The translations under genes and the position numbers were made by a program. Positions 17,976 to 27,801 of a stretch of DNA of 64,000 nucleotides are shown here, piece by piece (the first letter of the stretch is position 1; every line of letters starts with the position of its first letter). This DNA comes from Deltaproteobacteria bacterium (GTDB taxonomy: Bacteria > Myxococcota_A > Polyangia > Fen-1088). The stretch covers positions 332,789 through 396,788 of the forward strand of contig JANRKS010000009.1 in the NCBI GenBank assembly GCA_033763315.1, written 5' to 3'. The notes under the pieces are model-generated. The model made no database searches. It had not been told where the DNA came from and saw only the letters and a program-made list of their open reading frames with translations.

Positions 17976-20300
17976 TTACGGGCGCGTCCAATTCGGAAAC
18001 GGCAAACCTTGTTCGCGGTTGTACCCGCGCACGTAAGACACGATCGTGTTTTGTTCATCCACCAAGATGAACGTGGGGGTGGCGCTAATCCCGTACGTCA
18101 CGAAGGTTGTGCGCCCTAGATCGCTGGCCACGTTATCCGGGAAGGGTTGTTTGCGCTTGGCGAAGAACGCGTCGAGCGTGCTGCGATCTTCATCCGTCAC
18201 CGCCAGGATTGGGATCTTGCGGGCCGTGGAGAACTGCATTAGCTCGGGCACGGCCGCTTTGCACGGCCCACACCACGTGGCCCAGTAAAACAGCACATAG
18301 GGCCCCTGCGCCAGCTTGGCGGGCGCTTGGCCGCGGTAACTTTCGAGCGGAATCAATGATTGCGCGTGTTCGCCTTCTTTGGGCCGCGTGGGCAGCTTCG
18401 GCAATTCGGAAGGGTAGGGCGATAGCGTGATGTTCACGACGCGGCTTTTGCCATCGCGCACGATGACCAGCGGCAACGGCTGCAAGGTCGGGGAGAGCAT
18501 TGTCCAACTGCGCACCTGGTTGTTGTCGGCGAACGGCGCGCCCGGCGGTCCCAGCACCACGTCGGAGGCGCGCAGCCCGGCTTTTGCCGCGGGCGAATTG
18601 GGGAACACGCGGCGGATCAAAGAAGCGCCCGAAGGCAGTTTCAAACGCGCGGCCAACTTATCGGCGGGTGGTTGAAACTCAATGCCCAACCATGCGGGAA
18701 AAACGGCCTGGGCTTGTGTGAGGTCGTCTTCGTATGAAGGCAACGTTGGCGCGGCCTTCTCGCCACCGCCTTCGTCGGCGCGCAGCCCCAGCCCGAACTG
18801 CTCACACTGCGTAAGCAGCGCCAAAGCCTTCTTCTGCGCCTCTGTGCCAGCCGTCTCCACCAACACGCGGCCCGCGATGTTGGCCAACACCATGCGCATG
18901 CGCAGCATCGCCGCCAAGCGGACCTCCATGCGGTAAGAAACTTCGTTCACTGTGTCCAATCGGTTGGCCACCAGCATCAGCCGTTTGTGGCGTTCGGCCT
19001 GTTGTTCAGTGAAGGGCACAAGCTCGGCCAGGAGCGCCGACGCCAAAGCGCGGCGTTCGCTTTGTGGCAGCACGTTGATCGCGCGCGGTTGCAAGCGTGC
19101 GTTCCACAGCGGCTTGCTCTTGAGGAAGTCGTGCAGGTTGCCGTTCGTGATGTCGGAAAGTGCGTCGTCCCAAAGTTTGCCATGCCGCTCAAGTTGCTCT
19201 TGCGCCTCTTGCAGCTGTTGCTCGGGCCCAGCCAGTTCCTTTTGGCTGCGCGGCGAGAACAACCCGTAAGAGCGCCCAATCGCATCTAGCAAGCGGATGT
19301 CCGGCTCGAAGCGCGCTTTGTCTCTCCACGCCTTCTGCAGCCACGCATCGATGCCGTCGTCGAAATCAGCGTTCGTTTTTTTTGCGTGGCTTTCCAGCAG
19401 ATCCAACAAGAACACGTCGCTTGTGCGCAAAGGCACGTCGGGCGAATCGTCGTTCACCAAGGTGTCTGTGTGTGCTTTTGCAAAATTGCGGCCTGCTTGC
19501 AGCGATTCGAAGAACCGAAAGGCGTGGCCCACGGCGTCTTGCCCGACGTTCTCGGGGAAACAACCGTAGGCAGGGCGATCCGCGGTGGATGAAAAATACC
19601 CGCACACGTTGCCGCCCGGCAGGCCTTGTTTGCCATGCGTTTGATAAAGGTTGGCAAAGCCGCCCGAAAAGCATTGCGACATCAAAGTCACCACACGCAC
19701 GCGCGGGTCGAACCCCTCCAGCAACACCCGCAATTGCCGCGCGGATATGCCTGCACGCGCGCCCCACAGAGTGATCTGGCTTTGCCACGGATCTTTGGTG
19801 TCGTTGTTGCCGTGGTCCGTGACAAACACCAACAGCGTGTCGCCTGGGGGAATCTTTCTGCGGGCCTTTTGAAACCACTGTGTGAGTTGCCCTTGCGTGG
19901 CTGGCTGCAAGGTGATGCCGGGCAACGTTGAATTGATAAGATCCAACGAAGGCGCCAGTAGCTCTTGCAGTTGGGTTCGATCCAACAGCCACAAGCCCTC
20001 CTCGGCCGTGGCGTCTAACACCGCCAGATCGGGCGCGGGGTCCGCACCATCGCCAGCCAGAACGCTGATGTGATCACGGGGCACATTCGCCTTATCCACC
20101 AACGCAAGAAACTGTTTGAGGTGCGATAGGTGTGAGCGGAAGTTTTGGTTGGGAGTTCCTCCCCCGCTGACCATCAATACGTGCACGTGCTTCGGATCCA
20201 CGCCGGCGGGGAGAGGGGGCGCGGCTTCTACGGGCCGATCGGCGTGGAGGTGGGCCAGAACAACCAGGACAGCAAGACAGGACGGAAGGCGTGAAGACAT
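17976..20300 (-). CDS. Exported clan-CD (legumain/C13-like) peptidase - helical region - PDZ - TlpA-type thioredoxin fusion
   Basis: Signal peptide; LLVFVTDHG and TLMSQCFSGGF dyad; PDZ (WLGIEF...VFPNSPAAKAGLRASDVV...IVRDG); FYWATWCGPCK...YGISATPTFILVD. Confidence 0.8.
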   Translation of the reverse strand: MSSRLPSCLAVLVVLAHLHADRPVEAAPPLPAGVDPKHVHVLMVSGGGTPNQNFRSHLSHLKQFLALVDKANVPRDHISVLAGDGADPAPDLAVLDATAEEGLWLLDRTQLQELLAPSLDLINSTLPGITLQPATQGQLTQWFQKARRKIPPGDTLLVFVTDHGNNDTKDPWQSQITLWGARAGISARQLRVLLEGFDPRVRVVTLMSQCFSGGFANLYQTHGKQGLPGGNVCGYFSSTADRPAYGCFPENVGQDAVGHAFRFFESLQAGRNFAKAHTDTLVNDDSPDVPLRTSDVFLLDLLESHAKKTNADFDDGIDAWLQKAWRDKARFEPDIRLLDAIGRSYGLFSPRSQKELAGPEQQLQEAQEQLERHGKLWDDALSDITNGNLHDFLKSKPLWNARLQPRAINVLPQSERRALASALLAELVPFTEQQAERHKRLMLVANRLDTVNEVSYRMEVRLAAMLRMRMVLANIAGRVLVETAGTEAQKKALALLTQCEQFGLGLRADEGGGEKAAPTLPSYEDDLTQAQAVFPAWLGIEFQPPADKLAARLKLPSGASLIRRVFPNSPAAKAGLRASDVVLGPPGAPFADNNQVRSWTMLSPTLQPLPLVIVRDGKSRVVNITLSPYPSELPKLPTRPKEGEHAQSLIPLESYRGQAPAKLAQGPYVLFYWATWCGPCKAAVPELMQFSTARKIPILAVTDEDRSTLDAFFAKRKQPFPDNVASDLGRTTFVTYGISATPTFILVDEQNTIVSYVRGYNREQGLPFPNWTRP

Positions 20301-20473
20301 GGCAGGGTTTGCGGCAGCGCGGCTCCGCTACGAAAGTCGAGCCCTGTACGGTAGCATCAGCGCGGCGCTTGCCCGAGAAAACCCGCTGGTGGAGCTAGGG
20401 TGCCTGAACATGAATCGTTGACGCTGTGTGTCAGCATGGACGACACCCTTCCGTTCGTGCTACGAGCGTCGCC

Positions 20474-21568
20474 ATGGCACTTTCAGTTGGCATTGTTGGC
20501 TTGCCCAACGTTGGCAAGAGCACCGTCTTTAACGCTTTGACCTCAGGGAAGGCGGCGGCCGCCAACTATCCGTTCTGCACGATCGATCCCAACGTGGGCG
20601 TGGTGCCCGTGCCGGACCCGCGCTTGGCGCGCATCACAAAATACATTCCGCCACAGAAGGTGATTCCCACGATTGTTGAGATCGTAGACATCGCCGGCCT
20701 CGTGAAGGGCGCGTCTCAAGGTGAAGGCTTGGGCAACAAGTTCCTGGCCAACATTCGTGAGACCAGCGCGATCTTGATGATGGTCCGTTGCTTCGAAGAC
20801 GAGAATGTTGTGCACGTCTCGGGCAGCGTGGATCCCATTCGCGACATCGAAATCATCGAGCTTGAGTTGGCGTTGGCGGACGTGACGTCGGCCGAGAAGC
20901 GCATGAAGAAGGCGCAGTCGGGCGCGAAGACGGGCAACAAGGAAGCCATCGTTGAAGCGGCCGTGGCGGAGAAGCTGTTTGCCCACCTATCCGATGGCAA
21001 AGCCGCCCGCACGCTCAAGCTCACCGAAGACGAAACGAAGATCGTTGATACGTTCGGTTTGCTCACCACGAAGCCCGTGCTTTATTGCTGCAACGTCGGT
21101 GAAAACGATCTGCCGAAGGGCAACGCGTGGAGCGACCAAGTGCGCGCGCGCGCCGCGGCCGAGGGCGCTGGCGTGGTTGTTTTGTGTGGCAAGATCGAAT
21201 CTGAACTCGCCGAGGTGGAAGAAGCCGAGCGCGCGGAACTGTTGTCTGCTTATGGCTTGGAAGAGCCGGCTTTGGCCACGCTGGCGCGCGAGTGTTACCG
21301 CTTGCTGGGCCTGCAGTCGTACTTCACCGCGGGCGAGAAAGAGGTGCGCGCGTGGACCATCAAGAAGGGCGCCACCGCACCGCAGGCCGCCGGCGTGATT
21401 CACACCGATTTTGAAAAGGGCTTCATTCGCGCGCAGGTGTATACCTTGGAAGATCTCGAGCAATACAAGAGCGAGGCCGCCATCAAACAAGCAGGCCGCA
21501 TGCGCATGGAAGGCAAAGAATACGTCGTGGTCGACGGCGACATCATGCACTTCTTGTTCAACGTTTAA
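20474..21568 (+). CDS. ychF: Redox-regulated ATPase YchF
   Basis: [44 protein letters not shown]-terminal TGS domain ([11 protein letters not shown]...EGKEYVV.DGD); ATG 20474. Confidence 0.99.
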   Translation: MALSVGIVGLPNVGKSTVFNALTSGKAAAANYPFCTIDPNVGVVPVPDPRLARITKYIPPQKVIPTIVEIVDIAGLVKGASQGEGLGNKFLANIRETSAILMMVRCFEDENVVHVSGSVDPIRDIEIIELELALADVTSAEKRMKKAQSGAKTGNKEAIVEAAVAEKLFAHLSDGKAARTLKLTEDETKIVDTFGLLTTKPVLYCCNVGENDLPKGNAWSDQVRARAAAEGAGVVVLCGKIESELAEVEEAERAELLSAYGLEEPALATLARECYRLLGLQSYFTAGEKEVRAWTIKKGATAPQAAGVIHTDFEKGFIRAQVYTLEDLEQYKSEAAIKQAGRMRMEGKEYVVVDGDIMHFLFNV

Positions 21569-21597
21569 CGCCCGCCACACGGCAGCGGAAGCGAAGG

Positions 21598-21623
21598 AAC
21601 CGGCCACGAGGCCGGTTTTCTTT
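21598..21623 (+). terminator. Intrinsic terminator after ychF
   Basis: AACCGGCC-acga-GGCCGGTT hairpin followed by TTCTTT. Confidence 0.7.
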
Positions 21624-21633
21624 GGTCACGTAT

Positions 21634-21693
21634 GTTTCGGTCAGGTTTCGCATAAGTTTCCTGAGTGCTAACTTTGTGGCCGTTGATTGTTTC
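21634..21693. promoter_or_regulatory. 11-bp-phased GTTTC direct repeats upstream of amtB
   Basis: GTTTC at 21634, 21645, 21656 and 21689, all in 11-bp register. Confidence 0.5.
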
Positions 21694-21737
21694 GGGTTTG
21701 AATCCAAAGTGTGGGATCTGCACTATGCGGCGCCACA

Positions 21738-23195
21738 ATGAACCGCCGTTGCTTACCCGTATTTTTGGTTGCCGCCGTTTTGGCGTTGGGCTCGTCCCTG
21801 GCGTGGGCCCAGTCCCCGGAGCGCACGGTCGTTGCGGCGGAGTTGGCGGCCTCGCAGGCGCAAGTGGCCGCGCTGAACGCTCGTTTGGACGACGTGGAAG
21901 CTTACCTGAAGAACACGCCACCCAAGGCGTTGTCGGGCGTGCCTGGACCTGGTCACAACGGCTGGATGATGATGTCGGCGGCGCTTGTGTTGTTCATGAG
22001 CTTGCCGGGCCTGGCCCTGTTTTATGGTGGCCTCGTGCGACGCAAGAATGTGCTGTCGGTGCTGGCGCAGTGTTTGGCCTGCGCCGGCGGCGTGATCGTG
22101 CTTTGGTGGGCCTTTGGCTACAGCTTCGCTTTCAGCAGCGGCTCACCGTGGCTGGGTGACTTGAAGTTCGCTTGGCTAAGCGGTGTCACCGCCGCACCCA
22201 ACGCCGATTATTCACCATGGGTTTCCCACAGCGTGTTTGCGATGTACCAGCTGATGTTCGCGATCATCACGCCTGCCTTGATTGTGGGCGCGATCGCGGA
22301 GCGCATGAAGTTCTCAGCCATCATGGCGTTTCTGTTTGGCTGGATGTTGTTGGTCTACTTCCCATTCGCGCACATGTTTTGGGGCGTGGATGGTTTCATG
22401 AATGGGGTGTGGAACGCCAAGGCTGGCATCAAGGGGATCGACTTTGCGGGCGGCATTGTGGTGCACATGACATCTGGGTGGTCGGCCTTGGCGCTGTGCT
22501 TGATCGTGGGCAAACGCACGGGCTTTGGCCGCGTGGCGATGATGCCGCACAGCCTCGTGTTAACGATGGTGGGCACAGGCATGCTGTGGTTTGGTTGGTA
22601 TGGCTTCAATGCAGGCAGTGCTGTGGCGGCCGACGGCGTCGCCGCCAACGCCTTCATGACCACCACACTTTCTGCGGGCGTGGCCACGGTGGTATGGACC
22701 GCGGTTGAATGGCTTCACCGAGGCAAACCCACCGTGCTCGGTATGTGCTCGGGTGCCATCGGCGGCTTGGCGGTGATCACACCAGGCGCGGGCTTTGTGA
22801 GCGCGAGCAGCGCCGTCATCATCGGCGTGGTGGCCGCGCTGGTGCCCTATTTCGCCGTTATGAAGTTGAAAGGCGTTTTGGGATACGACGATGCGTTGGA
22901 TACATTCGGCATCCACGGCGTGGGTGGCACGATCGGTTCGCTGTTGGCGGCTGTGTTTGCCACAAGTGAGGTGAACCCCAACCTCGCCACCAACTTAGGT
23001 GCGCTTATCAACCATGGCTTGTGGGTGGAGCAGGTCAAGGCGATGGCGATCACCGCCGTGTGGTCGGTGTTGGCTACCGTGGTGCTGGCCTATGCCATCA
23101 AGGCCTTGATTGGGCTGCGGCCCGACGAAGACACCGAAGAGCAGGGCCTCGATCAGTTCGACCACGGTGAGGTTGGGTACCACGCCGAGGCATAA
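21738..23195 (+). CDS. amtB: Ammonium transporter
   Basis: Signal peptide; PGLALFYGGLVRRKN, YQLMFAIITPALI.GA.AER, DFAGGIVVH, LWFGWYGFNAGS, DDALDTFGIHG; ATG 21738. Confidence 0.97.
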   Translation: MNRRCLPVFLVAAVLALGSSLAWAQSPERTVVAAELAASQAQVAALNARLDDVEAYLKNTPPKALSGVPGPGHNGWMMMSAALVLFMSLPGLALFYGGLVRRKNVLSVLAQCLACAGGVIVLWWAFGYSFAFSSGSPWLGDLKFAWLSGVTAAPNADYSPWVSHSVFAMYQLMFAIITPALIVGAIAERMKFSAIMAFLFGWMLLVYFPFAHMFWGVDGFMNGVWNAKAGIKGIDFAGGIVVHMTSGWSALALCLIVGKRTGFGRVAMMPHSLVLTMVGTGMLWFGWYGFNAGSAVAADGVAANAFMTTTLSAGVATVVWTAVEWLHRGKPTVLGMCSGAIGGLAVITPGAGFVSASSAVIIGVVAALVPYFAVMKLKGVLGYDDALDTFGIHGVGGTIGSLLAAVFATSEVNPNLATNLGALINHGLWVEQVKAMAITAVWSVLATVVLAYAIKALIGLRPDEDTEEQGLDQFDHGEVGYHAEA

Positions 23196-23204
23196 CCTGG
23201 GTGC

Positions 23205-24656
23205 TCACTTAAGCAGCGCTTGCACCACGTGAGCTTCTTCGACGCCCGTGAGCTTCTGATCCAAGCCTTGATACGGGAAGGTGAGACGCTTGTGGTCGAT
23301 GCCACACAGTTTCAGCATGGTGGCGTGCAGATCGCGCACGGCCACGCGCTTGTCGGGCAAGGTGTCGTAACCGAGCTCGTCGGTCTCACCGTGCGTAACG
23401 CCGCCTTTGATGCCGCCGCCTGCCAACCACAGTGAAAACGCTTTGATGTGATGATCGCGGCCATCGCCTTGGGCCATGGGCGTGCGACCGAACTCGCCGC
23501 CCCAAATCACCAACGTGTCGTCTAACATGCCTCGCTGCTTCAGATCGTTGATCAACGCGGCGCTCGCTTGATCGGTTTGTTTGGCGGCCGTTGGCATGTC
23601 GCGCGTGAGGTTGCTGTGGTGATCCCACGCGCGGTGGTAAAGCTGAATGAAGCGCACGCCTCGTTCCGCCAGCCGCCGTGCCATCAGGCAATTCGAAGCA
23701 AAGCTGCCATCGCCCGGCCGCGTGATGCCGTAACTTTGCAGCACGTGCTTGGGCTCGTTGGCAAAGTTGGTGAGTTCAGGCACGGACGTTTGCATGCGCG
23801 CCGCCATCTCGTACTGGCTTACGCGAGTGGCAATCTCGGGATCCAGTCGCGTTTGGTGTGACAGCCGGTCAAGGTTACGCACCGTTTCGATCACGCGCGC
23901 TTGATCATCCTCGGTGACGCCCGCGGGGCTGCCGGCAAAGTGCACGGCATCGCCCTTCGATTGAAATTGGATGCCTTGAAAGCGGCTGGGCAAAAAGCCC
24001 GATGACCATTGGCGTGACGAGATCGGTTGATCGCCCTGGCGACCCAAGCTGACCATAACGACGAAGCCGGGCAGATCGTCGGCTTCGGAACCCAAGCCAT
24101 ACAGCATCCACGAGCCCATGCTGGGGCGACCCTTGAGGATCGAGCCTGCATTCATGAAGGCGTGCGCAGGATCGTGGTTGATCTGTTCGGTGTACATCGA
24201 GCGGACGATGGCGATGTCGTCGGCAATGCCGCCAATGTGTGGGAAAAGTTCCGAGATCTCTTGGCCTGATTGCCCCCAGCGCTTGAAGTTCACGAACGAG
24301 CCCATCGCGCGCAATGTTGTGTTCTGCAATTGCGCCAGCTGTTGGCCTTTGGTCAACGACGCAGGAAAGGGCTGGCCGTGCAGCTTCTTGAGCGCCGGCT
24401 TCCAATCGAAGCTTTCAAATTGCGAAGGGGCGCCCGCCATACACAGATGGATCACACGTTTGGCGCGCACAGGAAAATGCGGCTGCGATACCACGCCTTT
24501 CCACGCCCCCGAGGCGCTGCCAGCCATCGCGCGACCCAACCCCAAGCTATAGGCGGCGGTGGCACCCAGACCGTACCCGGCGTTGCGCAAGAACGTTCGC
24601 CGCTGCAAAGCCGATAAGTACGCGCCGACGTTGTTCTCCCCTGTTTGCTTTGCCAT
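23205..24656 (-). CDS. DUF1501 family protein (Tat-exported, sulfatase-like; PVC-type)
   Basis: Tat motif QRRTFL; AKRVIHL.M.GAPSQ, NHDPA, RRLAERGVRFIQLYH..WDHH, GEFGRTP, GRDHH, DLHAT.L...GIDH. Confidence 0.92.
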   Translation of the reverse strand: MAKQTGENNVGAYLSALQRRTFLRNAGYGLGATAAYSLGLGRAMAGSASGAWKGVVSQPHFPVRAKRVIHLCMAGAPSQFESFDWKPALKKLHGQPFPASLTKGQQLAQLQNTTLRAMGSFVNFKRWGQSGQEISELFPHIGGIADDIAIVRSMYTEQINHDPAHAFMNAGSILKGRPSMGSWMLYGLGSEADDLPGFVVMVSLGRQGDQPISSRQWSSGFLPSRFQGIQFQSKGDAVHFAGSPAGVTEDDQARVIETVRNLDRLSHQTRLDPEIATRVSQYEMAARMQTSVPELTNFANEPKHVLQSYGITRPGDGSFASNCLMARRLAERGVRFIQLYHRAWDHHSNLTRDMPTAAKQTDQASAALINDLKQRGMLDDTLVIWGGEFGRTPMAQGDGRDHHIKAFSLWLAGGGIKGGVTHGETDELGYDTLPDKRVAVRDLHATMLKLCGIDHKRLTFPYQGLDQKLTGVEEAHVVQALLK

Positions 24657-27600
24657 TAGATCCTCGTCACCGTTTCATAGACGTTCAAAAGCACGCGACA
24701 CACCGAGCTCCACGCAGCGGTGGTGGCCGTTGTGGCCCCCAGCGGCAAGACAGGACCGGCGGCTTTCGCAGCGTCTTGTGCGTGTGCCTCATAATGAGCC
24801 TGTTGGGCGCGTAGGTGTGCCAGCAACGCCTGCGCTTGATCGCCCGAGGGCGGGTGCCCCGTGGCCAGCTCGAACCCAAGCTTGATGCGCTGGCTATCGT
24901 CGGACACGTGTGCGCGCAACAGGCGCACTGCCAAGCTCTGCGCGGCCTGCACGAACGTGGGATCGTTGAGCAGCGTGAGGGCTTGTTGTGGCGTGTTGGA
25001 AAGGGGGCGATCGGCCGTACATTCCTCACGCGAGGGTGCATCGAAATTTGCCAGCATCGGGTGCAAGAAAGTGCGTTGCCAATGCATGTAGAGGCCGCGC
25101 CGAAACTGCTGTTCATCGGTCTCGGTGATGTACTTGCGCTGAGGGAATTCGATGTTGTCGTAATAACCTTCGGGTTGATACGGAAAGACGCTGGGGCCCC
25201 CGCGTTGCTCGTTTAACAAACCGGCGATGAACAAGGCATTGTCGCGCACGAACTCCGCGTCCAAACGACGTTGCGATTGCCGCGCCAGCAAGCGGTTAAG
25301 CGGATCCACGGCCATCAATTCGGGGCGCGCGGTGGAATCTTGTTGATAGGTGTTCGACATCACCAGCAGCTTCACCATGTGCTTTACGTCCCACCCTGAT
25401 TCGATGAACTCAACGGCGAGCCAGTCGAGCAGTTCGGGGTGCGAAGGTGGTTCGCCCTGGCCACCCAAGTCATCGAGCACCGCTGACAGACCCGTGCCGA
25501 AGAACTGCTTCCATAAGCGATTCATGAAAGCGCGCGCTGTGAGCGGGTTTTCCCGCGAGGTGAGCCACCGTGCCAAATCCAATCGGGTGGGGCGGCGCCC
25601 ATGCGCGGTGGCTGTGGGGGGCAGGCCAGGGAGAAAATGCAAAACCGCCGGCGTGACGATGGGCCCTGATTCATCTTGCCAGTTGCCACGGGGAAGAATG
25701 CGTGTGACCCGCGGCTTCTGAGGCACCGTGACCACAAGCGGCGCTTTGCCGTCTTTGACCGAAAGCCACTGGCGCCGCTGTTGGTGAAGTTGCGTCAGCA
25801 GCTCGGGCGCCGCTGCGGCGGCCGCACCCGAGAAGGCGAACACTTCCTGCAAGGCTTGGGTGTTTGTGGTGTTGGCCACGAAGCGCGCGGTGGCTGATGG
25901 CAGGCGGTTGGGATCGGGTAGACCATCATCGTTGCCAAACGGGGGCGGCGCGTGCCGTGCCCCTGTGCTGGCCAGCGGCGACATTGACAAGGTGAAAGCA
26001 CCCACCGATTCCGAGCCGACGCGAATCACAAGTTTGTCCGTCGGCTGCAGCTCTTGGGGTTGCGCCAGTTGCCACACGGCACTTACGCGGTCGCGTGCGT
26101 AGCCTGGAGGCGTGCGCCATTCCTCTTTGTTATCGGGAAGCTGGTGCCCGTTGCGGAACACGGGCGCCGCCACATTGGCCTGGGCCGCGTCGAAGGCAAG
26201 CTTGATTTCGCTGTCGCCGCGAACAATCTTTGCTGAGAAGTAAACGCGAGCCTGGGTTCGATCGCTACGAAGGTGGCTGCCGTTGTGTTCGGAATGTGGG
26301 ATCAAATCAAGGCGCAAGCTCGCGAGCGGGCCCTGCAGGTTGGTGATCGTCGCGCTGACGCCGGGCACGTCCCAGGCGTCCAGCTTCTTTGTGTTGTGAA
26401 GGACGACGATTTGGTTTTCGACTCTGGCTTCCAGCTTCCCTTCTGCCGCAACCGTGGGTGACAGCGGAAGCCAACCGTCGGGGTGCTGCTTAATGAAGGT
26501 GCGCGTGTTTGCAAGCCACGCATTGAACGCCGACCTCTTCGCCTCCATCGTCTGTCGCACCAACTGCTTTTGCGTGTCTGCCAACCTTTGTTGCAGCACC
26601 TTGGCGCGTTCGACGAGAAAGGCGTTGCGCACCATGATCTCGGGCGCGAAAGGATCTTCGTTGCCAACGCCTTTGAGATCAGGGTTGGGCGTATAAGGAT
26701 AATCGGCATAAACGCCCCATTCGCGGATGTCGGAGAAGAACGCGCCCATGGAATAAAAATCTTGCGCGTTGATCGGATCGTATTTGTGGTCGTGGCACTG
26801 GGCACACCCAATCGTTGATCCCAACCACGCGGTGCCAATGGCCCGCACGCGATCGGCCATGTACTTTGCGAGGTATTCGCCGGGTTGGGCGCCGCCTTCG
26901 CGGGTCACCATGTTCAAGCGGTTAAACGCCGACGCCACCCGTTGCTTTTCGGTGGGGCGCGGCAGCAAATCGCCCGCCACCTGTTCAAGCGTGAATTGAT
27001 CAAACCGCTTGTTCGTGTTGAACGCGTTGACCACGTAATCGCGGTACGGAAACACGTTTTGGTTTTGATCACCGTGGTAGCCAACCGTATCGGCGAAGCG
27101 AACAACGTCGAGCCAGGGCACCGCCATGCGTTCACCGTAGTGGGGCGAGCGCAGCAAGCGATCGATTTGGCGCTCGACCGCGTTGGGCGTCTTATCCGCC
27201 TCGAAGGCGCGGAGTTGCTCAGGCGTCGGAGGTAAGCCAGTGAGATCAAGTGACAGCCGGCGTAGCAGGGTGCGGCGATCGGCGGCAGGCGAGGGCGCGA
27301 GTTTGGCTTTCGCCAAGCGGTCTTGGATGAAGGCGTCGATCGCTGACTTGGCTTTCGCCGGTACGCGGGGGCGAGTGAGCGGCACGTAAGCCCAATGCGG
27401 CTCATATTCCGCTCCTGCCTCGATCCATCGCCGCAGCAGTGTGATTTCCTCGGGCTTGAGCGCCTTGTGCACATCGGGGGGCGGCATCACGTCGTCCACA
27501 TCGGTGGCGTTGATGCGCTTCCACAACTCGCTCGCTTCTGGCTTACCGGGAACGATGGCCTCGTCTTTAAGGGCGGCGTCGCGCACGTCTAAGCGCAAGC

Positions 27601-27775
27601 CAGCTTTGCGCTTGGCGCTGTCGGGGCCGTGGCAGAAGAAGCACTTATCCGAGAGGATAGGCCGTATGTCGCGGTTGAAGCGGGGCACATCGTCCGGGGG
27701 CGCTCCCATCGCAACGCAAGGAGCGAACAACACGGCGGCCCAAAGAAGTCCCAAAGCGAGCGTTTGCCGGCACAT
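24656..27775 (-). CDS. Planctomycete cytochrome c (PSCyt1) + DUF1549 + DUF1553 protein
   Basis: FNRDIRPILSDKCFFCHGPD, LLRRLSLDLTGLPPT, YGERMA..WLD..RFAD, CAQCHDHKYDP, NPLTARAFMNRLW..FFG, PSHPELLDWLA, PQQAL.LLN; ATG 27775 gives a signal peptide. Confidence 0.93.
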   Translation of the reverse strand: MCRQTLALGLLWAAVLFAPCVAMGAPPDDVPRFNRDIRPILSDKCFFCHGPDSAKRKAGLRLDVRDAALKDEAIVPGKPEASELWKRINATDVDDVMPPPDVHKALKPEEITLLRRWIEAGAEYEPHWAYVPLTRPRVPAKAKSAIDAFIQDRLAKAKLAPSPAADRRTLLRRLSLDLTGLPPTPEQLRAFEADKTPNAVERQIDRLLRSPHYGERMAVPWLDVVRFADTVGYHGDQNQNVFPYRDYVVNAFNTNKRFDQFTLEQVAGDLLPRPTEKQRVASAFNRLNMVTREGGAQPGEYLAKYMADRVRAIGTAWLGSTIGCAQCHDHKYDPINAQDFYSMGAFFSDIREWGVYADYPYTPNPDLKGVGNEDPFAPEIMVRNAFLVERAKVLQQRLADTQKQLVRQTMEAKRSAFNAWLANTRTFIKQHPDGWLPLSPTVAAEGKLEARVENQIVVLHNTKKLDAWDVPGVSATITNLQGPLASLRLDLIPHSEHNGSHLRSDRTQARVYFSAKIVRGDSEIKLAFDAAQANVAAPVFRNGHQLPDNKEEWRTPPGYARDRVSAVWQLAQPQELQPTDKLVIRVGSESVGAFTLSMSPLASTGARHAPPPFGNDDGLPDPNRLPSATARFVANTTNTQALQEVFAFSGAAAAAAPELLTQLHQQRRQWLSVKDGKAPLVVTVPQKPRVTRILPRGNWQDESGPIVTPAVLHFLPGLPPTATAHGRRPTRLDLARWLTSRENPLTARAFMNRLWKQFFGTGLSAVLDDLGGQGEPPSHPELLDWLAVEFIESGWDVKHMVKLLVMSNTYQQDSTARPELMAVDPLNRLLARQSQRRLDAEFVRDNALFIAGLLNEQRGGPSVFPYQPEGYYDNIEFPQRKYITETDEQQFRRGLYMHWQRTFLHPMLANFDAPSREECTADRPLSNTPQQALTLLNDPTFVQAAQSLAVRLLRAHVSDDSQRIKLGFELATGHPPSGDQAQALLAHLRAQQAHYEAHAQDAAKAAGPVLPLGATTATTAAWSSVCRVLLNVYETVTRI

Positions 27776-27801
27776 AGCTAGGGCAATGTTGGTCTGAATG
27801 C

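Noticed and set aside
21291-21300. Additional GGTAACA hits (inside ychF on the minus strand, and near 32338 inside mtnP)
   Set aside because: Intragenic and lacking the CGCCGGTGTT element at the required distance
21676-21740. Sigma54 promoter or NtrC box before amtB (TGGCCGTTGATTGT; TGCACTATGCGGCGCCA)
   Set aside because: GG-N10-GC spacing is not satisfied and the NtrC palindrome is only half matched
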